Shown in pieces: positions 43,586 through 58,475 of a DNA stretch of 64,000 nucleotides. The notes under the pieces are model-generated. The model made no database searches. It worked only from the letters and a program-made list of their open reading frames with translations, and was not told the DNA's origin. The stretch is from Octopus vulgaris (lineage: Eukaryota), in NCBI GenBank assembly GCA_951406725.2, contig OX597826.1:19654001-19718000 (forward strand), read 5' to 3'. Position numbers and translations under genes: made by a program. Position 1 is the first letter of the stretch, and every line of letters starts with the position of its first letter.

Positions 43586-44623
43586 TCCAATTCCTATGTT
43601 TTCAATACAGGAGATTAGGATTTCCCCCAAAGAACAAGTTCTCAATATTTTGATTTTATCCCTCTCTATCCCAATTTCTTCATTTTTTTTTTCGAAATTT
43701 TTTTCTTGCTAATATTCAGAGAAAAATAAAACAGAGTACAAATCTTTAAGAATTTTCTTGTTTCTTTTTTCTTAAGGAAACATTAAAATCTCCTTCCCAA
43801 ACATTTACCCATCATCTCATCACTTTCAAGAAGCTTCAAACACCCAAATATCTTACTTTTAGCCTTTAGGAAAGCAGAGAAGTTTCTTCAGAAATGTCAT
43901 TTACCTGTGGTTTCTAGCATGTCAGATTTTCTGGTGGTGCTTTAATATTTTTTACATCTGTTATTCCAGTACAATTCTATGCATACATGAAACATCAGAT
44001 GAAAGTGAGACATTGGGTGATTTTAGCTTTTTGAAAGAGGGTAGATGATGGGTGGGTGAGGTGGGACATTGAGTGTTTCTTGAAGAAAAATTAAACTTAA
44101 AAAAAAATATATATTTCCCAGAAGTTACTTTAAATGTTTATTCATGTGATTTAGGTGGTGAACTTAACCACCATGTAGTGTAACTAGTGCAAGCCAGTTT
44201 AGAGTGAATACCTTTGAAAATGACCTATGTAAGAGGTTTTGAATTACCATTCTATGCAAAGCAGATGCCAATGAAATAGTACTTCTAGTGGTTATTTATA
44301 TAACAAAAAAATAGATTACACCATTCATTAAATTTATGTGCATTGGTCATAGATACAATAAAGTTGACTAGGCCGTTTAGGTATGCTGCGTGTGTTGGCC
44401 GTTGATATAACAAAGTGAACGAGGCCATTCATTTATTCTAAATGGTTGAACACGAATACAACAAAAACAACAGGGCAAAAACTGTACCAAATTACCTGTC
44501 AAAAGGCAGGCTATGTATATCCTACATAAAATGTAGAATATAGATAGCCAACTCTTGAAGTGGCAATCTGATCCAAATTTGCTGGCTTTGCACACACGGA
44601 CATTTCTGTCAGGTAATACTTAC

Positions 44624-44748
44624 CACATTTTTCAGGTAAAAACCAAGCATTATGCATAGTTTCTGATGTTGTATTCATTACGCTTTGCACACTAGCTGCA
44701 GTTGTACAGCCACCTCTTGTACTGTTGGTCAAACAATCCAACCTGCCG
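44624..44748 (-). CDS. Host Cys-repeat gene, exon 6 (phase 2-1): GRLDCLTNSTRGGCTTAASVQSVMNTTSETMHNAWFLPEKC
   Basis: Acceptor ttttttttag, donor gtaagt, 125 nt, in frame with exon 5. Confidence 0.75.
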
Positions 44749-45089
44749 CTAAAAAAAACCCAAATAAACAAAGATTATAAAATAAATAAATAAATAAAAT
44801 ATTTTAATTGTTCTAATCTATGAATTTATAGACATCCACTGGACATCAAACGCAATGGTTAATAGTTTAGAGCAAAGGCAATACACCATATCACCGACAA
44901 AAAACATCTCTCAAGACACGACATCACACAGACGAATGAAGGAACTACAAACTATGCTGGTTTCAAGTAAGGCATTGGAAGATTGTGAAAGAAACTATTT
45001 ATTGGGGTCTAATTATATCACTACTAAATAAAGAAAGTTTGATTTGAAAAAAAGGAGGAAAAACAGATATTTAAAATATGTTGTGTGTG

Positions 45090-45159
45090 TGTATATATAT
45101 ATACATATACACACATATACATACAACTATATATATATATATATATCATATATATATAT

Positions 45160-45215
<56 letters not shown>

Positions 45216-45884
45216 CATACATATATACATACATACATACATACACACATATATATACATACATATATATATATATATATACATACATATATATATATAG
45301 ATACATACATATATATATATAGATACATACATATATATATATAGATACATACATATATATATATAGATACATACATACATATATATATATATAGATACAT
45401 ACATATATATATATATAGATACATACATATATATATATATAGATACATATATATATATATAGATACATATATATATATATATACATACATACATATATAT
45501 ATATATAGATACATACATATATATATATATAGATACATACATATATATATATATACATACATATATATATATAGATAGATACATACATATATATATATAC
45601 ATACATATATATATATATTCATAATTATATATATTATATATTCATACATATATATATATATTCATACATATATATATTCATACATATATATATATTCATA
45701 CATATATATATTCATACATATATATATATTCATACATATATATATATATACATACATATATATATAAATACATATATAAATTCATACATATATATATATA
45801 TACATACATATATATATACATACATATATATATATATATACATACATATATACATACATATATATATACATACATACATATATA

Positions 45885-45916
<32 letters not shown>

Positions 45917-46070
45917 CATACATATACATACATACATATATATATATACATACATATATATATATATATACATACATATATATATACATACATACATATA
46001 TATATATACATACATATATATAAATACATACATATAAATACATACATATATATATACATATATATATACA

Positions 46071-46110
<40 letters not shown>

Positions 46111-46262
46111 CATACATATATATATATTCATATATATATATATATACATATATATACATACATATATATATATTCATATATATATATATATATATACATA
46201 TATATACATACATATATATATATTCATATATATATATATATATACACATACATATATATATA

Positions 46263-46300
<38 letters not shown>

Positions 46301-46319
46301 TATACATATATATATATTC

Positions 46320-46354
<35 letters not shown>

Positions 46355-46410
46355 CACAATATATAAATATATACATATATATATATTCATATATACATAC
46401 ATATATATTC

Positions 46411-46447
<37 letters not shown>

Positions 46448-46741
46448 CATACATATATATATATTCATATATATATATATATACATATATATATATTCAT
46501 ATATATATATATATACATATATATAAATATATACATATATAAAAATATATATACATATATATATATACATATATATAAAAATATATATATACATATATAT
46601 ACATATACATATATATACATATATATACATATACATACATATATATACATATACATATATATACATATATATACATATACATATATATATATATATACAT
46701 ATATATATACATATATACATATATACATATATATATATACG

Positions 46742-46787
<46 letters not shown>

Positions 46788-46905
46788 TACATATATACAT
46801 ATATATATATACGTATATATATATATACATATATATATACATACATATATATATACATATATATATATACATATATATATATATACATATATATATATAC
46901 ATATA
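45090..46905. repeat. Mixed (TA)n/(TACA)n low-complexity array
   Basis: Direct reading. Confidence 0.95.
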
Positions 46906-47116
46906 TACTCTTTTACTCTTTTACTTGTTTCAGTCATTTGACTGCGGCCATGCTGGAGCACCGCCTTTAGTCGAGCAAATCGACCCCGGAACCTATTCTT
47001 TGTAGGCCCAGTACTTATTCTATCGGTCTCTTTTGCCGAACCGCTAAGTGACGGGGACGTAAACACACCAGCATCGGTTGTCAGGCAATGCTAGGGGGAC
47101 AAACACAGACACACAA

Positions 47117-47151
<35 letters not shown>

Positions 47152-47323
47152 CACATATACGACAGGCTTCTTTCAGTTTCCGTCTACCAAATCCACTCTC
47201 AAGGCATTGGTCGGCCCGGGGCTATAGCAGAAGACACTTGCCCAAGATGCCACGCAGTGGGACTGAACCCGGAACCATGTGGTTGGTTAGCAAGCTACTT
47301 ACAACACAGCCACTCCTGCGCCT
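46906..47323 (-). mobile_element. SINE family A, near full length
   Basis: Reverse strand ggcgcaggagtggctgtgttgtaag...gggttcagtcccactgcgtggc. Confidence 0.82.
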
Positions 47324-47324
47324 G

Positions 47325-47374
<50 letters not shown>

Positions 47375-47506
47375 TACATATATATATATATACATATATA
47401 TATACATATATATGTATATATACATACACATATATATATATACATATATATGTATATATACATATATATTCATATACATATATATATACATATACATATA
47501 CATATA

Positions 47507-47539
<33 letters not shown>

Positions 47540-49590
47540 GATTGATTGATTGATTCTGGTTTCAGCTCATGAGCTGTGGCCATGCTGGGGCACCACCATT
47601 TGGTGTTGCTACATGGTTTTACGTCAGGAATGCTTTTTAGCAACTGCCATTTGGTGCATGAGAGAGTTCGATGCAGCTGCCCTCATCTGCACCTCCTGCC
47701 GTGAAGTTGGTTCATCTGGGATACCTGGGATACCTGGGATATCTCGATGGCAAATTTGGAGTCCTAGGCACCACACAGTGGCGCCCAGTTCTGGCATTTG
47801 TTTAACTCTCGATGCCAAAGTTTGGGACAAGTCCCTCCAGGATCTTCCAGATGTATATTATGGCATATCTTTCTCACCTATGCTCCAAGGAATAGAGTTT
47901 TAATCTCTTGAGTCTTTCCCAGTAGCTTATATTCTGCATAGAGGCTATCTTCTTCGTGTAGCTACATTGGATCGCCTCAAGTTCTGTGATCAACTTGACA
48001 CTGGATGGTGACCATAGCTGAGAGCAATAGTCAAAGTGGCTTAGGACAAGTGTCCTCCAGAGGACCATCATGGTTTCTTGTTCTCTTGTTCTAAAGGTTC
48101 TGAGAATCCATCCGGCCAGTCGTCTACATTTCATTGCCAATTTAGCAACATGTACACGAAAGGTTGCGTCATCACTCATGTAAATACCCAGGTCACGCAC
48201 TGATTGTGCCTCTGGGATTGCAATTCCTCCGGGTTCAGTGTATTCATTGGGTATTGCATTTAGTTTTGCATGCTGATAGTATAAAGCTTGAAACTTTCCA
48301 GCATTGAACTGCATGCTATTCTTTTCAGCCCACTTGTATATTTTGTCCAGCTCACATTGCAGGCGTTTAGTGTCCTCAGGGTTCTGTATTGCCTGTGAAA
48401 CTTTTGTATCATCTGCATAACTTGTGATCGTGGCTCTCTGCGTGGCTGAGGGCATGTCTGAGTGGGCCATTATGAACAGTAGTGGTCCCAAAACAGTGCC
48501 CTGCAGAACACCGCTCACTATTTGCGTGTTAATGGAAGTGGCCATTGGCTACTACTACCTTACTTCTATCTTTCAGAAAGTCATGAAGCCATTCTCCCAG
48601 TTTTCCAACTATGTTGAGATCACGCAGTTTTTGACATATCATTCCATGATCGACTTTATCAAAGGCCTTTGCAAAGTCGAGATATATCACTTCCACATTT
48701 GAGTGGTTGAGCAGTCGTTTCAGCACCCAGTCATAGTGTTGTAGGAGCTGAGTTAAGCAGCTTCTCCCTGGTCAGAAACCATGTTGGGTGTCGGGCAGCA
48801 AGTCATTTTCTTCAAGGAAGGTGATCAGTTTCCTTCTGACTATTCGTTCCATGACCTTGCTGATGTGTGAGGTCAGAGAGATAGGTCTGTAGTTCTTGGC
48901 CTCCGCTCTGCTACCTCCTTTATGAATAGGGCATACTTTACCTTCCTTCAGTTTTCTTGGAAGTTTGCCAGCTGCAAGGAAGCTCTGAAAGAGGAACTGC
49001 AGTGGTCTTGCTAGGACTCTCTTACATACTTTTAGGAGGATTGCCGGGAATCCATCGGGGCCAGTAGCTGAGTCTGTTTTCATTTCATCTATAGCCTTTA
49101 TTACATCGTCTTCCTTTATATCGATGTAATCTATCGTCGCCACCTCTGATTTTATATCTGCAGTGGTAAAGAAGAAGTCAGTTGGATTGGTGATTTGGAG
49201 ATGCCCAAGGGGTGGAGTGAAAACACTCTTGAATTGCTCATTCAGTATTTCACTTACCCTTATTGGTTTTCCTGTAAATGTGCCATCCTTTTCAAGCAGT
49301 GGCCCTATCCTACAGTGCACCGTAGCTGTTTCTTTGGCATACCTGTAGAAAGCTCTGGGGTTAGATTTTATGTTGTCTATAACCCAGGCTTCTTTGTCTG
49401 CTCTCCTTTTCATGGGAGAGTTGCAGACATTTTTCAATTTCCAACAGTTTTATTTTCAGGCGGGACTTTTCACTGCTTTCAATCTGTTTGTTTAGGCGAT
49501 TTGAAATTTTTGTATGGTCTCATTAAAATTTTCCTCTCTCTGGGGATTTTGTTCTTGTGTACAGTGGCCTTTCTCTCTGGGATACATGAT
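47540..49590 (-). mobile_element. Second, longer copy of the CR1-group LINE (frameshifted, internal deletion)
   Basis: SATGPDGFPA, NYRPISLTS, QHGF, YLDFAKAFDKVDH, SGVLQGTVLGPLLF, YADD; (GATT)n tail at 47540. Confidence 0.9.
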
Positions 49591-49861
49591 TTAAGTATTT
49601 TAATCTCTGAGCAGCATACCAACAGCAATGAAAATTTGTCTACAGTTCATTACTCGTCACACAAAGAATCGACCTAAGCCAACATGCTGGAGATACATCT
49701 GTGTAATTGAGGAGCTGACCATGGGAATTCTCTAAAATATTTTCTCAACTATTTCAGTGTTATAAGTGTACTCAGGCGATACTGACCAGGGACTGTTTAG
49801 CAATAATAAAAACAAATTACATTAAAACAGAAGTATAAGGTTAAGAGAAATGGTGACTTAC

Positions 49862-49898
49862 ACACAAGCTTCCTCTTTACATTGCTTTGGTTCACAAT
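49862..49898 (-). CDS. Host Cys-repeat gene, exon 5 (phase 1-2): CEPKQCKEEAC
   Basis: Acceptor tttttcatttcaacag, donor gtaagt, 37 nt. Confidence 0.75.
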
Positions 49899-49959
49899 CT
49901 GTTGAAATGAAAAACAGGATATGACATTACAGAGCAATACAATGCAATATACAATAACA

Positions 49960-50262
49960 CAAGGTGGCGAGCTGGCAGAAACGTTAGCACGCCAGGTGAA
50001 ATGCTTAGCGGTATTTCATCTGCCGTTATGTTCTGAGTTCAAATTCTGCCGAGGTCGACTTTGCCTTTCATCCTTTCAGGGTCAATAAATTAAGTACCAG
50101 TTACGCACTGGCGTCGATGTAATCAACTTAATCCCTTTGTCTGTCCTTGTTTGTCCCTTCTATGTTTAGCCCCTTGTGAGCAATAAAGAAATAAGAAACA
50201 TTAGCATGCCAGGTGAAATGCTTAGCGGTATTTCATCTGTCTTTACGTTCTGAGTTCAAATT
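49960..50262 (+). mobile_element. SINE family C (Nin-domain-like)
   Basis: ggtggcgagctggcagaa...gagttcaaattc (A/B box-like), then gactttgcctttcatcctttcagggtcaataaattaagtaccag. The head is partly repeated at 50196-50262. Confidence 0.7.
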
Positions 50263-50267
50263 CCACA

Positions 50268-51825
50268 ACATCACCATTATCTGCTTTCCATGCTGGCATG
50301 GGTTGGACAGTTTGACTGAAAACTGGTAAGCCAGGGTGCTGCACCAGGTTCCGATCAGATTTGGCAAAGTTTCTATGGCTGAATGCCCTTCCTAATGCCT
50401 ACCACTCTGAGAGTGTAGTGAGTGTTTTTTATGTGCCACTGACCTGACATTGGCCACAACCACAGTCTCACTTGGCTTGACAAGTCTACACAAGCACAGT
50501 ACATCACCAAAGGTCTTGGTCACCTGTCACTGCCTCCATGAGTTCCAATACTCAAATGGTGCCACTTGCACAGGTGCCACTCAGATGGCACTGGCATTGA
50601 CCATGACTACAATTTCAGTCAATTCGACAAGCCTTCACAAGCACAACCTACTGCCCAATGGTTGAAGGGTGCGTTTAATGGCAACACTGGCATCAGCCAT
50701 AAGTGATCTCACTTGGCTTGATGGGTCTTCTTAAGTATGTCTTCTTAAGTATCTCCAAAAGTCTCAGTCACTTGTCATTGCCTCTGTGAAACCAGACACT
50801 CAAAGATTGTGCTTCACCACCTCATCTCATTTTTCCCTGGGTCTAACTCTTTCACAGACTCCCTCCACCATTAGAGTGCAACACTTCTTCACACAGCTGT
50901 CCTCATCCATATGCATCACATGACTATACCAGTACAGTCGTCTCTCTTGCTTCTTATGTCTGATTTTTCTCTCAGGATGCTTACACTCTGTTGTGCATGT
51001 ACACTGACATTACACATCCAGCACAGCAGACTAGCTTCATTTCTTACAAGTCTATGCATGTCCTCAGCAGTCACAATCCAGATTTCACTGCCATGTTCTA
51101 TGGCTGTTCACACACAGGCATCATACAGTCTGCCTTTCACTGTGAATGAGAGGCCCTTTGTTACCAACAGAGGCAAGAGCTCTCTGAACTTAGCTCAGCC
51201 TATTCTCATTCTAGCAGCTACACTCTCAGAGCATCCACCCCCACTACTGACTTGGTCACCTAGGTAACAGAAGTTGTCAACAACTACTAGTTTTTATCCC
51301 CTGTCATGTGATGGAATCTATTTCTGTACATTTTTAGTGCTTATTATACTTGTGCACCTTCCACACAAAAACTATCTTCCCTGTTAACCCTCCTCTGAAA
51401 TTGCTGCACCTCTTATGTGTCCATAGCTTACACCAGGTACATCTTTTTTAAACAAACTCTCTCTCTCTCTAATTAGTTGGGCTATGACCCTCTTCATGAC
51501 TTTCATTACCTGACCCAACAATTTGATACCTCTGTAATTATTTCTATCTAAAATGTCACCTTTACCTTTGGTGACATTTGACTATAGGGCTGCTATGCCA
51601 CTCATTGGATATAACTCCTTCGTGTACCACTTGGTTAACTATACAGGTAACTAGGCCATGGCCTACACTACCAGATAATTTAAGCACTTCAGCGGTGATT
51701 CCTGATGGGCCAAGGTCTTTCCCTGTCTTCATATCTTTAATTGCTTTATCTACCAAGGTACTGTTGATTTGGATAGCTAGTCCCACAACTGGGTCAACAT
51801 TTGGCAGACTCTCTTTCTCCCATGT
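50268..51825 (-). mobile_element. Degenerate RTE LINE of the family at 62975-64000, joined to the repeat-bearing 3' UTR
   Basis: 51000-51270 is homologous to 63640-63900; KTGKDLGPSGITAEVLK near 51700; 3' UTR homologous to 29030-29199. Confidence 0.75.
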
Positions 51826-52014
51826 AATTCTGAGAAAATAATTTGGACTTTTATCAACATACTTTATTTTCCTTTAGAAAGGTCTAAAGTTTGTTCCTAC
51901 TCAGATTAAATTGTAAAAAAATAGAAAGCAATCAGAATTATATTTATTTTAGCTGAAAATTTCAATTGAAATGTTCTCATAGTCTTAATTAAATACATGG
52001 AAAATTTTAATTTT

Positions 52015-52082
<68 letters not shown>

Positions 52083-53018
52083 TGTGTGTGTGTGTGTTTG
52101 TTTCTGCATTTGTGGCACTTTTAGCAAAATTCATTCTTGCAAGCTTTTGAGTTAAGCCTCTTATTTGAAGATAGCCTTTTGCTACCAGTCACAGAGACCC
52201 TGGAAAAGGTTATGGGTACTGCTCCTTCTTTTGTGACTGAGCCATTAAAAAACAAAGCTATTTTTCTTCCTTGTCAATGGTTGGACATCCAAAGCTGGAG
52301 CTCCATAACCAAGCTAACATGGAGCTATTTTTATGGGTTTTTTTTTATTGCCTTAAAAAAAATACAATGGAAACTATAGGTGTGTGTGAAAAGCTGTCAG
52401 CATTTAAGACAACTTTTCAAAAATATTTGCACTGACTGGTCGGTAAATTACTTTTTCTTCCAAAGAACTACTATCATTTCATTATTTGTTAATCAAGCTT
52501 AATGCCTGAGCCGAACAGAAACTTCATAACTTAAATGTTACCAGAAAGGACTGCAGTGTGATCCAAACAAAAAGAGGTAGAATGATATAGGTCAAGATTA
52601 AGGTAATACGAATGAAGAGATTGCTACAAGCTTTCGAAATATCAGTAGTTTTGAATTTCGGTTATGAGGTTCTTGTTTTTTCATCTTACCAAAGTAAGAT
52701 TCCCTGAAGGTTACTGAATCAAGATTTCCCCCAAATTCTACAATACTTTCATATGAGTGTGAAAGGGTAATTATTATACCAAATAACTGCAAATAATTCA
52801 CAAACAATTCATGCCAAATATTGCACTTATTATTGGCTCAATGGGTTGAATGTGAGAGTGTATAGGTGAAATATGACTTTCAATAATAGCACATTTCAAC
52901 AAATACAGCATGAATTGAGGTCAAGCCTGCTGATGTTCTTGACTCACTCCAGGTAGAGCTTACTTGGAAGGGGTAGTTGTGGTCATGAAAGAGTGGAAGT
53001 GGGGGACGCAATAGAGGT

Positions 53019-53480
53019 CAGGGGTTGCTAAAAGGGGTCCAAAGGACCCTCTAGTGGTTGACAAGGAATTTCAGGAGGGGGTCGATGATAGCCAATGGGG
53101 GTCGGCATGCAAAAGACCAGCTCAGCCAGGTGAACTGCCTGAAAGACTTAGTGCCATGCTCATCCCTCACATTGATGATGTCAATTTCAATAAAAGATAT
53201 TCCAACAATATGATGTGCTTTTCTCATTTTCTGTGAACACAATTTCATAACAATTGAAAGTTTAATACTGTAGACTCATACATATAATTCTAATTTTAAA
53301 AAGTGTGCCATCTTCAATAGAATTTCTTAATTTGTCATACATTTTAATCGCCCAGTACCCAGTATACATTTATGATATTGTATGGTAGGGTATTAAGATA
53401 TTTTAAATGAGGAGGGTGGTTGATGCAGAAGGAGAAGTGGCTAAAGGGGGTCAATGGTCGAAAAAGTTTGGCAACCCCTG
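53019..53480. mobile_element. hAT-type MITE
   Basis: TIRs caggggttgc / gcaacccctg; flanks atagaggt and atataagt resemble a decayed 8-bp TSD (6/8 match). Confidence 0.7.
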
Positions 53481-54578
53481 ATATAAGTAATGAGAGAAGA
53501 GAGAGCTGGCAGGCCGAGTAGAGGTGAGACAGTGACACAGAGTAGAGGCTACTATAGTAGATGTAGAAAAGGCAGAGTAACAAGATAATGCCAAAAAAAA
53601 CTTGAAATGTATTGGAGCAACTTTATGTGAATTAGTTGGATAGGTTTCTTTTTTTTAACAGTCTAAGATGCATAGATACACTTCCTAAAATCATTTAAAT
53701 ATATAAAAAATGTAATTAGTTACTCAAGAAACAAAACACTACAAATATTGTCACACATAATTTAGATAGTAACACAATATCTTTTTGATATTCATAGCTA
53801 TTAAAGGGCCTTCCTATAGAACCGAATCAGAAATTTTCGGTTGTAAAAAAATTGGAGAGGAGACTTCTTTGCTGCCTCCCCTCTCTGTAATTTATCAGTT
53901 TGATGTAATTCAAGATTTTTCTTTAGGTCAAGGCTTTTAACATCTGAAATTCTGATTCTTTGAAAATATGTTTAACTTTTTGTTTCTGACTTCTTTCAAT
54001 TAAAAAAAAAAATCATTTTGAAATTTCGAAGCATAAAAAAAGTAAATAAGTAAAAAATTAAAAAATTATGAGGAAAACAAAATTTAAAAAGAAATAAAAA
54101 TTAAATACATCACCATATTATTGAATATGGGAAAATATTTTCACATAATCATAATCTTTGGTGTTTAAGGAAAAATATTTTTTTAAATGTTAAAAATGGA
54201 AAGGTTACAGAAAGTGGGGGAAAGAAGCAAACAAATTTTTTAAATTGAAATTTTGAATTTTTTAAAATTTTCAAGCAGTATTATCTTGAATGTGTGAAAT
54301 ATAAATTTGAAAAAAACTTTCCAAAAAGTCAAACATGAAAAATTTCAGAAAGGGTGGGAGGGGTGAAATTTTCCATCTTGCTTTTTTTCATTTTTTTTTT
54401 TTCTTGCAATCTATGATGATTGAAATATCATAGAAAATACAGACTTTGGCTTATTAGATAACTTCCAACTCAGTTTTCTAATAGTTAAAGAAAAATGTTA
54501 CCATCTTAAATAATACTAAGTCATCTGGTTAAGTAGAGGGACAGGAGTGAGACAGGTATCTAGAAACTGACTACTTAC

Positions 54579-54670
54579 TGTTGCATTCCTTTGCAAACTT
54601 TTGCAACTGTGGAACATTTGAGACATCACAGCCTCCATCTTCAAAACAAGTTTTTAATCTCTGAAGAAGT
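54579..54670 (-). CDS. Host Cys-repeat gene, exon 4 (phase 2-1): LLQRLKTCFEDGGCDVSNVPQLQKFAKECN
   Basis: Acceptor ttgtattttag, donor gtaagt, 92 nt. Confidence 0.8.
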
Positions 54671-56036
54671 CTAAAATACAAGGAATAATTTTATTTTATA
54701 TAATTTTAAATACAATGTTATCTTGTCATAAGATGAATAGTTATGCGATTTGAGATAGTTGAAGAAAAAATTCTGAATAAAGCCTTGTTTTCTATATTTC
54801 TTTTAATGACAGACTATAGGTAAGGTATTTTAAACATTAATGTGGAAATACTTGTAATTTGAGATTGCTTAGCTGTAAAATGGGAAAGGCTCAATTGAAA
54901 AACATCTGAGATTGGAACCATTTTATCATGAATAGGAAACTATTTAACAATGAATTGGGGAAACTCTAGCTTGGAAGAGAGAACTTCTTGGTACAGATGT
55001 CTAGAGTAGTAGCTAACAAAATTTCTTTGTAGAAACTGTTTCTATGACATTTTTTTTACTAGTCTACTTTTCTGAAAAGGCTAATAAAGTCTTTCTTAAA
55101 ACCCATATATAACCATAGCTATTCATATGATAGTATATTGCGAATCTATTACCTCTGAATACTGATATATCTAAGATATGGAAAGCATCTGTCAACATAT
55201 CTCCCTCATTGGAAATATACCTACCTAAAACAACACTATTCAGTGATAATGAAAAAGACATATATCAATTATAATGAAACTAACAGACAGGAATGAGAAA
55301 AGCAGGGAGGAGATTCTGGAGCAACAACATTGTGGATAGGAAGGACTAATTGGTTAGTGAAGAGCCTGGAGGGGTGTTGGACACAATGTAGATGATACAA
55401 AAGGAAGAGGAGAGATGAATGTGTCAAAAGTGCCTGAGTAGAGGTGGTACAAGGCCAGCCAGATCTGAAGAAGATAAGCTATGAGCTAGCAGTTGGACAA
55501 CCTGTGAATGATTTTATATTAATTAGTTAAAGAACTTTGTTTGGATGTGATTAAGGATATATTAGTGTGCACAACAGCAACACCATGTGAAGTGTGGTAG
55601 CAATTCTTTCACTTCTACTGCTACATGCAAAATCAATTTCATGACTGGCTGACTTTCAGAAGTTTGTACTGTAAATGGCAATGTCATTTGAATCAGAGAA
55701 CACCAAAAGTCTTTATCTTTTGTATCATAGCCTTTTGAAATAGCATGGATCTCATAGCACTAGTGCTACATTTCATTCAAATACAATCATATCTATATGC
55801 ATGTAAATACATACACATAAATATACATATAGTTCTACTAGGATAGCAAAACTAAAATTAAAAACAGGAGAGTCAGTTGAATACAGTATTGTGTCATAGA
55901 ATGGTGGGTAAGTTTCAGGGAGTTTATATAGCGACCTGGTTTTAACATCTGGCTTAATTTCTACTTTGCACCACATTCTCTGAGGTACTTTTTACCATTA
56001 CCAAAATTTGAAAAGAGGTAAAGAAATAATATTTAC

Positions 56037-56097
56037 AGGCAGTTGTCTTTTCTTTTGTTAAGATCTTCAAATTCTCGACGGCATTTCACATAGCATT
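56037..56097 (-). CDS. Host Cys-repeat gene, exon 3 (phase 1-2): CYVKCRREFEDLNKRKDNC
   Basis: Acceptor ttcttaattgtttcag, donor gtaaat, 61 nt. Confidence 0.8.
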
Positions 56098-56735
56098 CTG
56101 AAACAATTAAGAAAACAGACATTTGTGATTAACTGTAAAAACTTTATTATTGTATCATGAAGTTTCACAACATATGGTCTCAAAACTTGTGATATGTTTA
56201 AAAAAGTCCAAAGTACCAAACTACAGATGCTGAAATCACTCAGTAACTCAATGCTAAGAAAACTTTAAAATGATACCAGAAGTATTCTGAGTTCAATTTA
56301 TTGTAAAAATATTTTAAACAAAGATATCTTTATAACCGAAGTTGTAGACATAGAGTTTGTCATGAATGAAGAGTAAGAGAAAAGTAAAGTAAAGCCATAT
56401 TTGTTAGTCATGGAACATCTTTCATTTGAGGCCAACAGCTGACACGTTACTCTTTACTTTTACAGTTATGTTCCTGAGTACTATTTTAAGATACTTTCAT
56501 CTTGTCACACTCACTATGTAAAAACAAAATATAGTAATGCCCTGTCGATTTCTTCCAACACAACTTTGATTTTAAACAGTATTTTTATTTTACATTTTCT
56601 AAATAAAACAGTATAATAGCAGACTCACCTTTTTATTTTTATTAATTTTTTTTTACTAGCATACATGAAGTGGAGAATGGTAGCATATTAGTTTAAGAAA
56701 AGTCATGATGTATTTTATGAAAAATTGTTACTTAC

Positions 56736-56803
56736 TACAGTTATCACGCAAATCCTCCTCAGTGAGATTTGGACAAATATCTATTTGGCATGAATACACT
56801 TCA
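56736..56803 (-). CDS. Host Cys-repeat gene, exon 2 (phase 2-1): EVYSCQIDICPNLTEEDLRDNC
   Basis: Acceptor gttttcttttccag, donor gtaagt, 68 nt. Confidence 0.8.
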
Positions 56804-56855
56804 CTGGAAAAGAAAACAGCGCAAATTAAAAAAATACTTACAATGTATGTGTGGA

Positions 56856-56903
<48 letters not shown>

Positions 56904-57724
56904 CATCAGCAAAAGCTTTTTAACATCCACTTTTCCATGGTTGCACATGTCAGATGGAATTCACTGTAGTAGATTTTCTGTGGTTGTAAGCCCTTTCTAT
57001 CATCAATTTTCATCTGTTTCTAATTGTAGTAATATTTCTCCTTAGCCAGATATGTCTTCATGAAAGAATGAAAGTGAATGAGAGAATATGTATGACAAAG
57101 ACACATGCACACACACACATGGCTGTCCTTCACTTTCTGCCTACCAAATTCACTTACAAGGCTTTGGTTGGCCCAGAGCAATGGTAGAAAACTCTTTCAC
57201 AATATGTCATGCAGTGGGAGTGAACCTAAACCTTCTTTACTACACAGCCACACCTGTATGCAGATATGTAAATGAACATGGATGTAAACACATACACATG
57301 CACACACTATCCTCATTATCTTGTTTTCCATGCTGCTCTAGGCTCGAAGGATCATCAGGACCTGAATTCTTATTTAGACTTGATGTACTCCTAGACTGGT
57401 TGGGGATCACAGCTTACTTGTCGATTCCAAATTTGGTATTGTATCTGAGGCTGGATGCTCTTCAAATCGACAATTCTTCGAGAGAGGTTGTTTTGTCACC
57501 CACAATATTGAGTCCTTTGTTCTTTCATGGTAGTATGACCAAGAGGGTGTATAGAAGAAAGAAGTATGTAGTACATTACTAGAGGATGTAGTGCATTACC
57601 AACAGTGATATATATGACCCATGGAAATCACATTGAGGAGACTCAATAAAGAATAACCATGAAAAGAAAGTAATCAAACTATTTAATTAATTAAAAAGTT
57701 AATTAAAGAGATAATAGTTCTTAC

Positions 57725-57782
57725 CTGCAAGGAAGTGTATAATTACAGCTTGCTAAACACACAGCTGAAGCAGAACGTGAAG
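57725..57782 (-). CDS. Host Cys-repeat gene, first exon visible here (phase 1-2): SRSASAVCLASCNYTLPC
   Basis: Acceptor tttcttctaattttgcag, donor gtaaga, 58 nt. The start-codon exon was not found. Confidence 0.78.
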
Positions 57783-58240
57783 CTGCAAAATTAGAAGAAA
57801 AATAGATATAACAATAAAGATATTTGATAGAGGCTCAAGGCCAAATATTTCATTGTATTGATTCAAGTACTTGGTTGGTACTTATTTCATAAGAGACAAC
57901 CATTGATAGAAATGAACTAAGAACAAAGAAAGATAAAAGGCATTTTATCTGTCCCTGGACTGATTCTACCAATTCACCAGCCACCTCCAACATATGCCTA
58001 GTCCTTATCTTATTGATAGAAAGAGGCTAAAGCAATGATGATTAAAGCCTAAAAGAAAGAGCTCTAATAAAGATACAATTAGAAATATAATAAAAAGATA
58101 ATATAAGAGGGCACATTGCACTTTCAGGATCAATATGCTTTATTATATATCTTGACTCTACCAAATTAGATGGGACTAATTTTTTAAATTTAATTAATGG
58201 CATGGTATTACTGTTATTTTTTTACTTATGCTATACATAT

Positions 58241-58289
<49 letters not shown>

Positions 58290-58475
58290 TATATACAGAC
58301 ACATATATACACACACACATACATACACACACACATATACACACACACATACATACACACACATATATACACACACATATATACAGACACATATATATAT
58401 ACACACACATATATACAGACACATATATATATATATATGACTTCATAACTTAAAATTGAATAGAAGATCTGAAAT

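Noticed and set aside
53790-54480. Possible old DNA-transposon remnant in an A/T-rich tract
   Set aside because: No convincing TIR pair or TSD found by eye.
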